Source of the DNA: Alphaproteobacteria bacterium
GTDB taxonomy: Bacteria > Pseudomonadota > Alphaproteobacteria > RF32 > CAG-239
Direction: 5' to 3'
Assembly: GCA_017935485.1 (NCBI GenBank)
Contig: JAGBHO010000016.1
Coordinates: 5,882 to 69,881 of the forward strand
DNA length: 64,000 bases
In this document: positions 28,820 to 39,021 of the stretch, piece by piece
How positions within the stretch are numbered: the stretch's first letter is position 1
Layout: every line of letters begins with the position of its first letter
Translations under genes and position numbers: made by a program
Notes under the pieces: model-generated
Seen by the model: only the letters and a program-made list of their open reading frames with translations
Told to the model about the DNA's origin: nothing
The model's database searches: none

Positions 28820-31800
28820 ATGAGACAGAAAAATCTATTTCGGAACAGCATCACAATTTTGATGCTCGCCCTTTGGGCATGTGTGTTTAACGCCTGCGAA
28901 GACAGCGAAGTTTACGGTTTGGGAGACGGAAAATCCAACCCCGTAACCGACATTGAACTCGCTGAAGCCGATTGGAGCTTGAAAAACATCTCCATCGACT
29001 CCGTTGCCGGTGCTAAAAACTTCACCGATAAAGGTGAAGGGCGCGTAATCTTGCTGTATAAAGACGAGACCAGCAAAGATTCCTCTATCGTATGGAACCC
29101 GACAGCTTCCATTGAGTACCCGACCGATCCGGTTTGGTACGTTGATTCCAAAAACATCAGCCAGAAAAATGTCAACAAAGTCGAAAAAACCGACAGCGTT
29201 AACATGAAGTGGCAACAATACACCTTCAATTTTGAGAACGGCAAGAGCCTGACGCTCGACGCCAAATCAAGAATTAAGGTGCTTGAAGCCCACGGCAAAA
29301 AGCTCGAACTTCCGTACTTCGAATTCACAAAAGTTGAATTCAACGGCGTACAGGAATACAAAAAGCTTCCGCCGGAAGTGGTTGACGGCAAAGAAGTCGA
29401 AAGCTACAACGCGATTTTGCGCTTTTTGGCAACAAGAAGTGTAAAGCAGCTGGAAAACTCGGACAAGGTATATAAAGTATATATCCCTGTAAAACTGGTT
29501 ATCACCAAAGGCGGTGACACTCCTGTTGACCCGACATTGGATAAGATTGAGGCCGATCAGCAAAAATCCACGTTCACGCGTGAATATGACCGCCAGTCCA
29601 AATACATCAAGTATATCGATACTTGGAATTGGATTATCAATCAGTATTACAATGACGGTTCTGTAAAGCAGGACTCTAAGAAAGGTACCATCAACGCATG
29701 GTTTGAATTCCCGGGCAAACAGAAAGTATATCAGGAAAGCTTGGACTTTTCTTGCACCGGCTCCAGTTCGGAAAGCACAGGTTCAACGTCAAAGGACTTC
29801 AAGTTCACTTGCGGCGGCCAGAGTTTTACGATCAGCAGCTATTGGGAAAAGGCAACTTACAGCTTCGGCGGCCAGACAATTGAGCTTCCCTACCATTATT
29901 TCAACAACATCAGTTACAATACATATAAGGCTGAACGCCAGTATGAAAAAACTGAAAACGGAACAACTTATCAGGTTTATCTGGTAACAATTTCGATGAC
30001 TGCCAGCAACACCAGCGGCGAAAACGAACAGTTCAACGTTTTGTATGAAGTATGGAAAAAGAAAACTCCGATTGATCCGGATGATCCGAACAATCCTGAC
30101 GATCCGACAAAAGACGTCGATGCCTACATCAAAGAAAGTCACTTGGACGACAACAATAAGTCTCACGCTACCATTACTATCATAGATAACAAAGGCGGTG
30201 AAAGAGACACAACAGTCGCAATCCAATACAACATTTCTTGGTCGTTGGATACTGATTTCGATGTCACTAAGGCTGATAATTCTGTTTCTCATCAGAGCAT
30301 TTCTGACGGAACAAGCAATACTTCAACACGTACCAGCGGAGCATTTACGATCCAGACAATCAAGACCGTAAAAACTTCAAGCTTTAACGGCTTCTCTCAT
30401 AAAATCACTACGGTGAACGAGAAAGCAACAATTAAAGTTGCCGGCAAGGTGTTGACAATGCCTTCTTCTGATTTGGTTCCGGTTTATAAATCTTACACTC
30501 AGGATAATCCGACAACGGCTGACAACCTTGTTTCTTATCCGACCCATCTGAAGTATGACTGCTCTTACAACAATAAGACAACGTCAAAAACACAGAATGG
30601 CGTTATCAGAGTGAAGAAAGAAGATCCGAAACCAGACCCTGTTTATGATGAAGATGCCTGGATTAAATCTGACAACCTGACAGATGATGGTCTGGCTAGT
30701 GCAATCATCACAATTCGCAACAATAAAGGTGCGGAACGTGATTCTTCTGTACAAGTTCAGTACAACAATTCTTGGAGCTTGGACAATCCGTTTGACGTGA
30801 CAAAGAGTGACAATTCTGTTGTCTTCTCAAGTATCAGCAGCGGAACAACTTCCACCAGTACCAGAACGCAGGATGCATTCAGAATTACCAAGACCAAAAC
30901 AACGAAGACCGCTTCGTTCAATGGTTTCAGCCACAAGATTTATACTGAGGTTGAAAAAGCAACAATTACTGTTGCCGGTAAAGTGCTGACAATGCCTTCT
31001 GCCGATATGACGGTAAGTTACAAGGATTACAGTCAGGATAACGGCACGACCAGCAATGGCGTAACCAGCTATCCGACCAGACTGAACTATACCTGTTCAT
31101 ATAACACCGGTTCATCTTCCAAAACTCAGGAAGGTACAATCCGTGTTAAAGCTGACGAACCTGTAACCGATGTGAACGCTGAATTCAAAACTCGTAATTT
31201 GACAAATACCGGATTATCTTCTGCTACTGTGATTATCACAAACAGCAAAGGTGAAACCAGAGAAGAGAATTACGAAATCCAGTATCAGCTGAGTTGGAGT
31301 TTGGCAAATCCGTTTGAGGTTGACAAAGCCGACAACAGCGTTTCTCATACGGGAATCTCTCAAACCAACTCTTCTTCCTCAACCCGTACGGAAGGCAAGT
31401 TCACAGTGACAACAACGACAAAGACTTACAAGTCTTCATTCGATGGTTTCTCTCACCCCGTTACGACGGTAAATGAAACTGCCGTTCTGCACATTGCCGG
31501 AAAAGATTTGGAAATGTTGGCATCGGATTTGACCCCGTCATATGTCAATAATAATCAGGAAAGCGGAAGCACCAGCGGTAATACCACGAGCTATCTGACG
31601 CATCTGAATTATAGTTGTGCATATCATCAGGGTTCTTTGGGCAATAAGACTCAGGATGTTACCATCAAGGTAACCAAAAATGAGCCTCAGCAGCCGGATG
31701 TTGTTATTCCGAGCACTTTAGGCAAAATTATCGGCGCTCAGAAAACAATTGTTCTGAGAAACGGTAATGCCGGCGACAGAACAACTTGTCTGGCGATTAA

Positions 31801-32116
31801 ATGCGAAAAAGGTGTCTTTGCAGTAATAGATGGTACCGAGTATACATGGGTAGGTGCTTCAACATCCGGAGAAGTTTCTGCAACAAGCGGTGACAGCTCT
31901 TGGCATCCGGCAACAATTATTGCCAAAGGATGGGATAAAGAAAGTCTGGCTCAAGGTTGGCTCTATCAGTCATCTGACGGATCTGCATCACATTCGCAGA
32001 TGTCTGCAGCCAACTGCAACACCTATGGAGTATCCGATCCTCGTTTAGGATCATATAATACCAACAGCGATGGTACAATAACCATCGATGGTACGGTATA
32101 CGGTCCTGAATTATAG
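28820..32116 (+). CDS. large surface lipoprotein with three ~175-aa internal repeats
   Basis: Lipobox VFNA-C followed by EDSEVYGL; repeats start near 30113, 30647 and 31169 (QY..SWSL...FDV.K.DNSV); C-terminus ...[11 protein letters not shown] shared with 25786-27183. Confidence 0.85.
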   Translation: MRQKNLFRNSITILMLALWACVFNACEDSEVYGLGDGKSNPVTDIELAEADWSLKNISIDSVAGAKNFTDKGEGRVILLYKDETSKDSSIVWNPTASIEYPTDPVWYVDSKNISQKNVNKVEKTDSVNMKWQQYTFNFENGKSLTLDAKSRIKVLEAHGKKLELPYFEFTKVEFNGVQEYKKLPPEVVDGKEVESYNAILRFLATRSVKQLENSDKVYKVYIPVKLVITKGGDTPVDPTLDKIEADQQKSTFTREYDRQSKYIKYIDTWNWIINQYYNDGSVKQDSKKGTINAWFEFPGKQKVYQESLDFSCTGSSSESTGSTSKDFKFTCGGQSFTISSYWEKATYSFGGQTIELPYHYFNNISYNTYKAERQYEKTENGTTYQVYLVTISMTASNTSGENEQFNVLYEVWKKKTPIDPDDPNNPDDPTKDVDAYIKESHLDDNNKSHATITIIDNKGGERDTTVAIQYNISWSLDTDFDVTKADNSVSHQSISDGTSNTSTRTSGAFTIQTIKTVKTSSFNGFSHKITTVNEKATIKVAGKVLTMPSSDLVPVYKSYTQDNPTTADNLVSYPTHLKYDCSYNNKTTSKTQNGVIRVKKEDPKPDPVYDEDAWIKSDNLTDDGLASAIITIRNNKGAERDSSVQVQYNNSWSLDNPFDVTKSDNSVVFSSISSGTTSTSTRTQDAFRITKTKTTKTASFNGFSHKIYTEVEKATITVAGKVLTMPSADMTVSYKDYSQDNGTTSNGVTSYPTRLNYTCSYNTGSSSKTQEGTIRVKADEPVTDVNAEFKTRNLTNTGLSSATVIITNSKGETREENYEIQYQLSWSLANPFEVDKADNSVSHTGISQTNSSSSTRTEGKFTVTTTTKTYKSSFDGFSHPVTTVNETAVLHIAGKDLEMLASDLTPSYVNNNQESGSTSGNTTSYLTHLNYSCAYHQGSLGNKTQDVTIKVTKNEPQQPDVVIPSTLGKIIGAQKTIVLRNGNAGDRTTCLAIKCEKGVFAVIDGTEYTWVGASTSGEVSATSGDSSWHPATIIAKGWDKESLAQGWLYQSSDGSASHSQMSAANCNTYGVSDPRLGSYNTNSDGTITIDGTVYGPEL

Positions 32117-32133
32117 AATTCCCGATCAATAAG

Positions 32134-32168
32134 AAAAACCGGCAAGCTTCATGCTTGTCGGTTTTTTT
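32134..32168. terminator. bidirectional intrinsic terminator
   Basis: AAAAACCGGCAAGC-TTCAT-GCTTGTCGGTTTTTTT. Confidence 0.8.
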
Positions 32169-32172
32169 GTTT

Positions 32173-32625
32173 TTAATAATAACGCCGGACTTTCAAATTG
32201 GCAATCGGAGCTTTTCCGGACTTTTCTATACAAACCTCACGCCTTGAAAACAAAACTATGGCCTGCAATAGTTCTTCCTCACTGATTCTCCGAACATCAG
32301 TAAGAGCACCGGCCGGAATAACTTCAAGGTTTCCATGGCTTATCGTCAGCAAAAAACGCTCTTCCTGAGGATATTTCCGCAAAACTTCATCTCCCGCAGA
32401 CAAATGCTGACATGCAAGACTGCTCCTGTTTTCCTCTTGATAAATCCATCCAAGAAAAACACATTCATTGTCTTTTTTAGCTACGATGTACCCACATCCC
32501 TCAGCAACAGCCTGCCGGATAATCTCGCACATATTGCCGGACAAACCGCTGACATGGGATAACAAAAGAAAAGAACCGTAACCAAAGGAATAACCTTGCT
32601 CTTCATAAAACGTATTCATAACCAT
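32173..32625 (-). CDS. hypothetical protein
   Basis: 150-aa ORF ending at the terminator. Confidence 0.6.
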   Translation of the reverse strand: MVMNTFYEEQGYSFGYGSFLLLSHVSGLSGNMCEIIRQAVAEGCGYIVAKKDNECVFLGWIYQEENRSSLACQHLSAGDEVLRKYPQEERFLLTISHGNLEVIPAGALTDVRRISEEELLQAIVLFSRREVCIEKSGKAPIANLKVRRYY

Positions 32626-32683
32626 AAAAATTTAAAATAATAATCTGTTACCTATGGTTAAATTTACTGTAACGCTCAGGCTT

Positions 32684-32880
32684 TGTCTACAAAAAAAGTA
32701 CACGAGCAAGAAACCTTCAAGCTTGATGACGCTAATACTTAAAAGACAAGAAATTGTTATGCTGTGAAAAAGGTTTCAAGCGGCAAACACTAAATTCCGA
32801 AAAAGACTAATGCTGCGACGGAGATTTCGAGCGACGTGTACAAAAAAGTACACGAGCAAGAAATCTCCTAGCATGATTAG
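32684..32880. repeat. RPE-like palindromic elements
   Basis: TACAAAAAA(A)GTACACGAGCAAGAAA twice; GGAGATTTC...CGTGTAC-AAAAAA-GTACACG...GAAATCTCC hairpin; same family as 11563-12620. Confidence 0.75.
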
Positions 32881-32883
32881 CCT

Positions 32884-35800
32884 TTAGCGGGATTTAACAG
32901 TGGCTTCCTTTATAGTTTGGAACAACACATACAATAAAGGAATGACCAACAAACCGACAAAAGTACCCAATAACATTCCGTAAAATACCGGAACGCCAAT
33001 GGCAATACGGCTGCTGGCACCGGCGCCTGTCGCCACAATCATAGGCAAAACGCCCAAAATGAAGGTAAAGGCCGTCATCAGCACCGCGCGAAAACGCTCT
33101 TTGGTTCCGACCAACGCCGACCGGACGATTGATGTACCGCGTTCCTGCTCTTCTTTGGAAAATTCCACAATCAGAATAGCATTCTTACTGGCCAAACCGA
33201 CAAGCAGAATCAAACCCAGCTGGGCATAAATACTCAACGGCAGTCCGGTAATAAACAAACCGGCCAAAGCGCCAAGCATTGCCACGGAAACCGATGTCAA
33301 CACCGGCAGCGGCGTCAGCCAACTTTCATACTGCGCAACCAGAAACAAATAGCCGAAAGTAATCGCCAACGCCAAAAGATAGCCGATCTGGCCGCCGCTG
33401 GCTTTTTCCTGATAACTGATACCTGACCAGTCATACGTAAAGCCCCGCGGCAATCCTTTAGACAGCTGTTCCAGAGAAGCCATCGCTTCGCCGGTACTGA
33501 CGGAATTGTTCTGAACCGCCGTAATAGAAGCACTCGGATACTGGTTATAACGGGTAACCACACGCGGTGACAAAACCTTGCGCAACTTAACCACGCTGCC
33601 CAAAGGCACCATTTCGCCGTTTTTGTTCTGAACATGCAGATTGCTGATACTGTCAATGTCTTTACGGAACTTCCAGTCAGCCTGAATCATAACCTTGTTC
33701 ACCTGCGTACCGAAGTTAACGTCATTTATATAGCTTGACCCCAGATAATTCTGCAAAACGGCAAAAATATCACCGATTGCCACACCCATTGCCTCAGCTT
33801 TCTGCCGGTCAATATCCAGATAAATATTCGGCGTCTTGGCAGTATAAGTCGTATAAGCATAAGAAACTTCCGGCGCCTGATTAACCTGCAACAGCATATT
33901 CTGCAAAGCGGCTTCAATCTGCTGAGGATTATCCGTGTTGGTCGACAACAAACGATAATCCATACCGCCGCTCATACCAAGCCCCATAATCGCCGGCGGT
34001 TCAAACAACTGAACTTCGGCCTGCGGCTTATTGGCAAGTTTGGCGCGGATACGGTTCAAAATATTGGTTGAATACAACTCCTCGCCTTTGCGTTCATTCC
34101 ACGGACGCAGGGTAATAAAGCCCAGAGCGACGTTTTCGCCGGAACCGCCGATCATACTGACGCCGGCAACAATCATAACGCTGTCAACCCCCTGCTCTTC
34201 TTTCATCAACGGATAAACCTCATCAATAAACTTCTGCGTACGTTCGCGCGTTGCACCCTCAGGCAGCTGAATATTGACCATGATAACACCTTGATCCTCA
34301 TTCGGAATAAACGAAGTCTGGCTGATACTTAACAGCGCATAAACCCCGATAACAATCAAACCGAACAACAGGGCAATCACGGAAACCTTACGAGCCACAA
34401 TCGCCACAATCGCCACATACGTATCTCTGGTTTTGTTCAACGTCTGGTTAAACCAGAACAACGGGCCATGCGTAATCTTTTTCAGCGGACGCAGAATTGT
34501 TGCGCACAAAGCCGGAGACAAAGTCAGAGCATTCACTGATGAGAAGAAAACCGAGGTCGAAATCGTCACGGCAAACTGCTGATAGATTCGACCGGTAATC
34601 CCGCCCATAAATCCGACCGGAACAAAGATGGCAAGCAGCACCAGCGTTGTAGCGATAACGGCACTGGAAACCTGCTCCATCGCTTTAATCGTCGCTTCTT
34701 TCGGCGTGAGCTTTTCCGTTTCCATCAGATAAAGCACGCGTTCGACCACCACAATCGCATCATCCACCACCAGACCGATGGCCAGAACCAGACCGAACAG
34801 CGTCAGCATATTAATACTGTATCCCAACGCCAGCATCACGGCAAAAGTTGCAAAAATAGATACCGGAATGGTCAGGGTCGGCACCAACGTAGAGCGCCAG
34901 TCCTGCAAAAAGATATAACAAACCAACACCACCAGAGCAAAAGTCAAAATCAGAGTAAAGACAACTTCCTCGATTGAGGCCTCAATATATTCCGTTGAAT
35001 CATACCCGATCATATAAGTCATATCTTCGGGAAAATTCTGCGAAAGCTTCTCAATCTCAGCCTTAACGGCAGCCATGGCTTCAAGAGCATTGGCACCGGC
35101 CAGCTGATTAATGGCAATGGCAACGTTCGGTGCATTATTAAATTTGGAAGTCGCATGATAATTTTCTTCACCGATCTCGACGCGGGCAATGTCTTTCAGA
35201 CGCAGCAAACCGCCCTGCTCAGCCGTCCGGACAATAATGTTTTTAAAATCCTCCACCTCGTTAATACGCCCCAAAGTCTGCAGCGTATAAACCATTTGCT
35301 GATGTCCGTCTCCGGGCATGGCGCCGACGCTTCCGAGCGAAGGCTGGTAGTTTTGGCTTTCAATTGCCGCCGTCACGGCCGAAAGCGGCAGATTTAAAGC
35401 CGTAATTTTATCAGCATCCAGCCAAACCCGCATACTCAGGCGGGAAGAATAAACATTAACCTCACCCACGCCATAAACGCGCGCCAGATTGTTTTTAATG
35501 TTGTTCTGCACATAGTCGGCCAGTTCCAGAGTTGAGTGCGTTCCTTTCGGAGAACCGATGGTAATAAAGCCAAGAATATTGGAAGACCGGCTGCGAACCG
35601 TCAGGCCTTGGCGCGTCACTTCCGTCGGAAGTTTGGACTGAGCCTGTTGAATACGGTTTTGCACCTTGACCTGCGCCATATCGCGGTCAACGCCGACTTT
35701 AAAAGTAACGGTCAGGGAATAACTGGAGTTTTCGGATGAAGAACTCATATACAACATATCTTCCACGCCGTTGATTTCTTCTTCCAGCGGAATACCGATG

Positions 35801-35982
35801 GTCTTGGCCACAACTTCCGCACTGGCTCCGGGATAAGACGCCGAAACCACCACTTCCGGCGGCGTAATCTCGGGATAAAGAGCAATCGGCAAAGAGAAAA
35901 TGGAAATAACGCCCGCCAACGTCAAAACGATGGAAATAACCATCGCAAAACGCGGGCGCTCAATAAAGATTCTCGAAAACAT
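32884..35982 (-). CDS. RND efflux permease (AcrB/HAE1 family)
   Basis: FIERPRFA, LAIGLVVDDAIVVVE, SKNAILIVEF, RFRAVLMT. Confidence 0.95.
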   Translation of the reverse strand: MFSRIFIERPRFAMVISIVLTLAGVISIFSLPIALYPEITPPEVVVSASYPGASAEVVAKTIGIPLEEEINGVEDMLYMSSSSENSSYSLTVTFKVGVDRDMAQVKVQNRIQQAQSKLPTEVTRQGLTVRSRSSNILGFITIGSPKGTHSTLELADYVQNNIKNNLARVYGVGEVNVYSSRLSMRVWLDADKITALNLPLSAVTAAIESQNYQPSLGSVGAMPGDGHQQMVYTLQTLGRINEVEDFKNIIVRTAEQGGLLRLKDIARVEIGEENYHATSKFNNAPNVAIAINQLAGANALEAMAAVKAEIEKLSQNFPEDMTYMIGYDSTEYIEASIEEVVFTLILTFALVVLVCYIFLQDWRSTLVPTLTIPVSIFATFAVMLALGYSINMLTLFGLVLAIGLVVDDAIVVVERVLYLMETEKLTPKEATIKAMEQVSSAVIATTLVLLAIFVPVGFMGGITGRIYQQFAVTISTSVFFSSVNALTLSPALCATILRPLKKITHGPLFWFNQTLNKTRDTYVAIVAIVARKVSVIALLFGLIVIGVYALLSISQTSFIPNEDQGVIMVNIQLPEGATRERTQKFIDEVYPLMKEEQGVDSVMIVAGVSMIGGSGENVALGFITLRPWNERKGEELYSTNILNRIRAKLANKPQAEVQLFEPPAIMGLGMSGGMDYRLLSTNTDNPQQIEAALQNMLLQVNQAPEVSYAYTTYTAKTPNIYLDIDRQKAEAMGVAIGDIFAVLQNYLGSSYINDVNFGTQVNKVMIQADWKFRKDIDSISNLHVQNKNGEMVPLGSVVKLRKVLSPRVVTRYNQYPSASITAVQNNSVSTGEAMASLEQLSKGLPRGFTYDWSGISYQEKASGGQIGYLLALAITFGYLFLVAQYESWLTPLPVLTSVSVAMLGALAGLFITGLPLSIYAQLGLILLVGLASKNAILIVEFSKEEQERGTSIVRSALVGTKERFRAVLMTAFTFILGVLPMIVATGAGASSRIAIGVPVFYGMLLGTFVGLLVIPLLYVLFQTIKEATVKSR

Positions 35983-35985
35983 CTG

Positions 35986-37149
35986 TTACTTTACCTCCGC
36001 AGTATCAGAAACCAGCTGAGCATTCACTTTCTGCCCTTCCCGAACTTTTTGCAGGCCTTGGATAATAACTTTGTCATCAGAGCTCAGACCGTCCAGAACA
36101 ATTTGTTTATCCTCAAAAACATCTCCCAATTCAACACGTCTCTGCTCGGCAATTCCATCCTCATTCACGGTAAAGACGTAATTGCCGTGCTGATCCTGAG
36201 CCAAAGCGGCCTGAGGAACCAAAACAGCCAGTTGCTGCTGCTTTTCGCCGATGCGGATATCAACATAGTTTCCGGGAATCAGCAAATCTTGATCGTTTTT
36301 ATATTCGGCATAAACTGCAATCGTCGCTGTTTCCGTATTGACTTCATTATCGGTAAAACGGGACTGCAGATTATTAACCAAAACCGTTCCGTTGGAAAGC
36401 ACCAGCTCGGTCAACAGCTGGCTGGCCTTGCCGTCATACATCTGACGCATGTCAAGCATATCCCGGTCTGTTACGGAAAAAGCAACACGGATCGGGTTGG
36501 TCTGAACAATACGGGCCAAAGTCTGGGTCGCGGAAGACACATAGTTACCTTCGGTCACCAAAGCCTTACCGATACGGCCGCTGATCGGCGCCTTAATTTC
36601 GGTATAGCCTAAATCAATTTTTGCCAGATCAAGATTGGCCTTGGCCTGAGCAACGGCTGCCTTGGCCTGCAAATAACTGCTTTCGGCCGTGTCAAGCGTT
36701 GCTTTGGAAGCATAATTCTGCTTGCTCAGGGAAGACTGTCTTTTATAATCGCGCTCGGTTTTTACCAGATTCGCTTCCGCACTTTCCAGCTCGGCCTGAC
36801 GCAGCTCCACATTGGCAATATAACGTTCCTGCTCAATCACAAACAAAATGTCGCCTTCGTTCACAAAAGAGCCTTCTTCAAACAAAACCTTTTCCACATA
36901 ACCGGTAATCTGCGGCATGAGATTAACACTCTTAATCGGCTCGACATGGCCGATATAAGTCTTTTTCGGAGAAATATCCCGCGTCTCCAACTGCTGAATC
37001 AGAACATACGGAGTCCCGCCGCCCATTGCGGCCATATTAGCTGCCGGCGGCGTCAGACGACCCTTCAGATACCAGCCCGCCGCACCGCATAATAAAAAGA
37101 CAACCACTCTTTTTATAATTACTCTGTTTTTCAACTTACCAACTTGCAT
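35986..37149 (-). CDS. RND periplasmic adaptor (AcrA-like)
   Basis: FEEGSFVNEGDILF, YTEIKAPISGRIG, coiled-coil hairpin. Confidence 0.93.
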   Translation of the reverse strand: MQVGKLKNRVIIKRVVVFLLCGAAGWYLKGRLTPPAANMAAMGGGTPYVLIQQLETRDISPKKTYIGHVEPIKSVNLMPQITGYVEKVLFEEGSFVNEGDILFVIEQERYIANVELRQAELESAEANLVKTERDYKRQSSLSKQNYASKATLDTAESSYLQAKAAVAQAKANLDLAKIDLGYTEIKAPISGRIGKALVTEGNYVSSATQTLARIVQTNPIRVAFSVTDRDMLDMRQMYDGKASQLLTELVLSNGTVLVNNLQSRFTDNEVNTETATIAVYAEYKNDQDLLIPGNYVDIRIGEKQQQLAVLVPQAALAQDQHGNYVFTVNEDGIAEQRRVELGDVFEDKQIVLDGLSSDDKVIIQGLQKVREGQKVNAQLVSDTAEVK

Positions 37150-37153
37150 CTCA

Positions 37154-37774
37154 TTACCTCACGTTCTTAATACTCTTTATCATCAAACCAAAACTCTTTC
37201 TGACCATTGCGGGAAAACGAACCAGCTCGGAATCGTTGGAAAGCACTTCCGATAATATTCCCTGCCATAAAGACATCAAAATCAAAGCCAAATCGTCAAC
37301 ATCCAAATCGGGCCTTATTTCTCCACTTTTTTGAAAAGATGTCAACAATTCTTTTAATTCTTTCAGCGGGATATCCCTGATCTCCCTGACGGCATTGCCG
37401 ACAGTTTTCACAATCCCTTCTGACCATTCCATATGAAAACGGGCAAAAAACAAAAAGCGGCGGTAATTGGCATCGTCAACCACCATTTTTGCAATTTTGA
37501 CCTGAACTTCGCACAAATCTTCCAAACTTTTAACGTTATCTGCAAATTCTTTAATCTTACAATGATTGTCATAAAAATTCTGCTTGATAACTTCTATCAG
37601 CAAATCCGGTTTATTCTTAAAATGCCAGTAAACGGCACCTTTTGTCAGATTTATTTTTGCTGCAATATCATCAAAAGTTGTCCGTGCATACCCTTTTGTG
37701 CAAAAGACGTCCAATGCCGCCCCAAGAATGGCATTTCGGGTCTGCTCCGCTTCCTCTTTTGTTTTTCTTACCAT
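37154..37774 (-). CDS. TetR/AcrR family transcriptional regulator
   Basis: MVRKTKEEAEQTRNAIL...TKGAVYWHFKNK. Confidence 0.92.
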   Translation of the reverse strand: MVRKTKEEAEQTRNAILGAALDVFCTKGYARTTFDDIAAKINLTKGAVYWHFKNKPDLLIEVIKQNFYDNHCKIKEFADNVKSLEDLCEVQVKIAKMVVDDANYRRFLFFARFHMEWSEGIVKTVGNAVREIRDIPLKELKELLTSFQKSGEIRPDLDVDDLALILMSLWQGILSEVLSNDSELVRFPAMVRKSFGLMIKSIKNVR

Positions 37775-37794
37775 TACATCACCTGAAATTACGC

Positions 37795-37815
37795 ATACAT
37801 TCAAGCTGAATGTAT
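37795..37815. promoter_or_regulatory. putative AcrR-type operator
   Basis: ATACATTCA-AGC-TGAATGTAT palindrome 21 bp upstream of the TetR start codon. Confidence 0.7.
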
Positions 37816-37912
37816 AAAACAAAATTTTATAAAATCAAGCATTTTTATTAAATTTTGCAAAAAAAATCCTCCGGTTTATTATCCGGAGGATTTATTAAAA
37901 TAATATTTATTT

Positions 37913-38101
37913 TTAAAATTTTCTTATCAACTGCAAATTAGCCCGCAAAATAGCGTCTTGCTGTGCCTTAACTTTCTGCTTTCTGATTTGTTCAAGTTTG
38001 ATTACGTCCTCCCAGAGCTGGAGATTCTCCTCACGGACAACGCATTCGGGACGAATAAAATTATAAACTCCTGCCTCAGAACGTTTATCATTATAATCCA
38101 T
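37913..38101 (-). CDS. small hypothetical protein
   Basis: AAAGGAGG RBS, 62 aa, downstream hairpin. Confidence 0.6.
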   Translation of the reverse strand: MDYNDKRSEAGVYNFIRPECVVREENLQLWEDVIKLEQIRKQKVKAQQDAILRANLQLIRKF

Positions 38102-38322
38102 TCCGCCCTCCTTTCAATGTTGTTGAGTTATGATAATAATATAGCGCTTATATTTTGTTATACAAGCATAATAGCATAATAAACTTAACAATATGTTTAT
38201 AAAACGGAATGTTTAATTCTCCTAATATGCCTTCCTCCAGAAATACACAATTTTCTATTGTATCATCTGCCATGTTGTGCAATAATAAATATAAGATTAC
38301 TATAATTTTTAGGATGTAAATC

Positions 38323-39015
38323 ATGACAAAAAAATCTTTTGGAAAAAAATTAAAAAATCTGCTTATCAGCACTTTTGCTTTCGGCACACTTTTCAGCGGC
38401 AGCCCTGCTCAGGCACAAAAAAAGAACTGGGATGAAGAAGAATTCCGTAGAGAACAACAGGCAAATCGTACTGAATTTGAAGCTTATAAAAAACAACAAG
38501 AAATTGAATGGAAAAACTATAAAGACGGCAACAAAACTGAAAAAGCATCAACATATAAAAAAATCGCAACAGCACCGTCAAAACCGGTCATTACCAATTC
38601 TCCAATAAAAAACCCTGAACAATACAAAAAAATGTTAGGATTGTTACCCCAAATGCTTTACTTTATGGATGTTGTCGACAATAAGAATCTGAACATCAAA
38701 GTCGAAAGCAACAAAAGAATGTATTACGACAAAAAGGCAGAAATTTATGCCAACAAGTTCGGAACTTTAAACGACAATGACGCTGAAGATTTATTTGCAC
38801 AGGAATTTCAAGGAGTCCAAATTATTAAGACAAACGGACTGCGTTTTGTAAGCTACAAAGGCAAAGGATATGAAATCAAGCCCAACGGTCAGGCTTTATG
38901 GGATGCAGACTGTCGGCAGCTTGGTCCCAATTCTGATATAAAGACCAGAATTTCCAAAGCCATAGCGCTAAAACAAGAAAGAGCCAAAAGGCAATACAAC
39001 AAATTACGCCGCTAA
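38323..39015 (+). CDS. secreted hypothetical protein
   Basis: AGGA RBS; signal peptide ending PAQA; basic C-terminus. Confidence 0.7.
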   Translation: MTKKSFGKKLKNLLISTFAFGTLFSGSPAQAQKKNWDEEEFRREQQANRTEFEAYKKQQEIEWKNYKDGNKTEKASTYKKIATAPSKPVITNSPIKNPEQYKKMLGLLPQMLYFMDVVDNKNLNIKVESNKRMYYDKKAEIYANKFGTLNDNDAEDLFAQEFQGVQIIKTNGLRFVSYKGKGYEIKPNGQALWDADCRQLGPNSDIKTRISKAIALKQERAKRQYNKLRR

Positions 39016-39021
39016 AAAACG

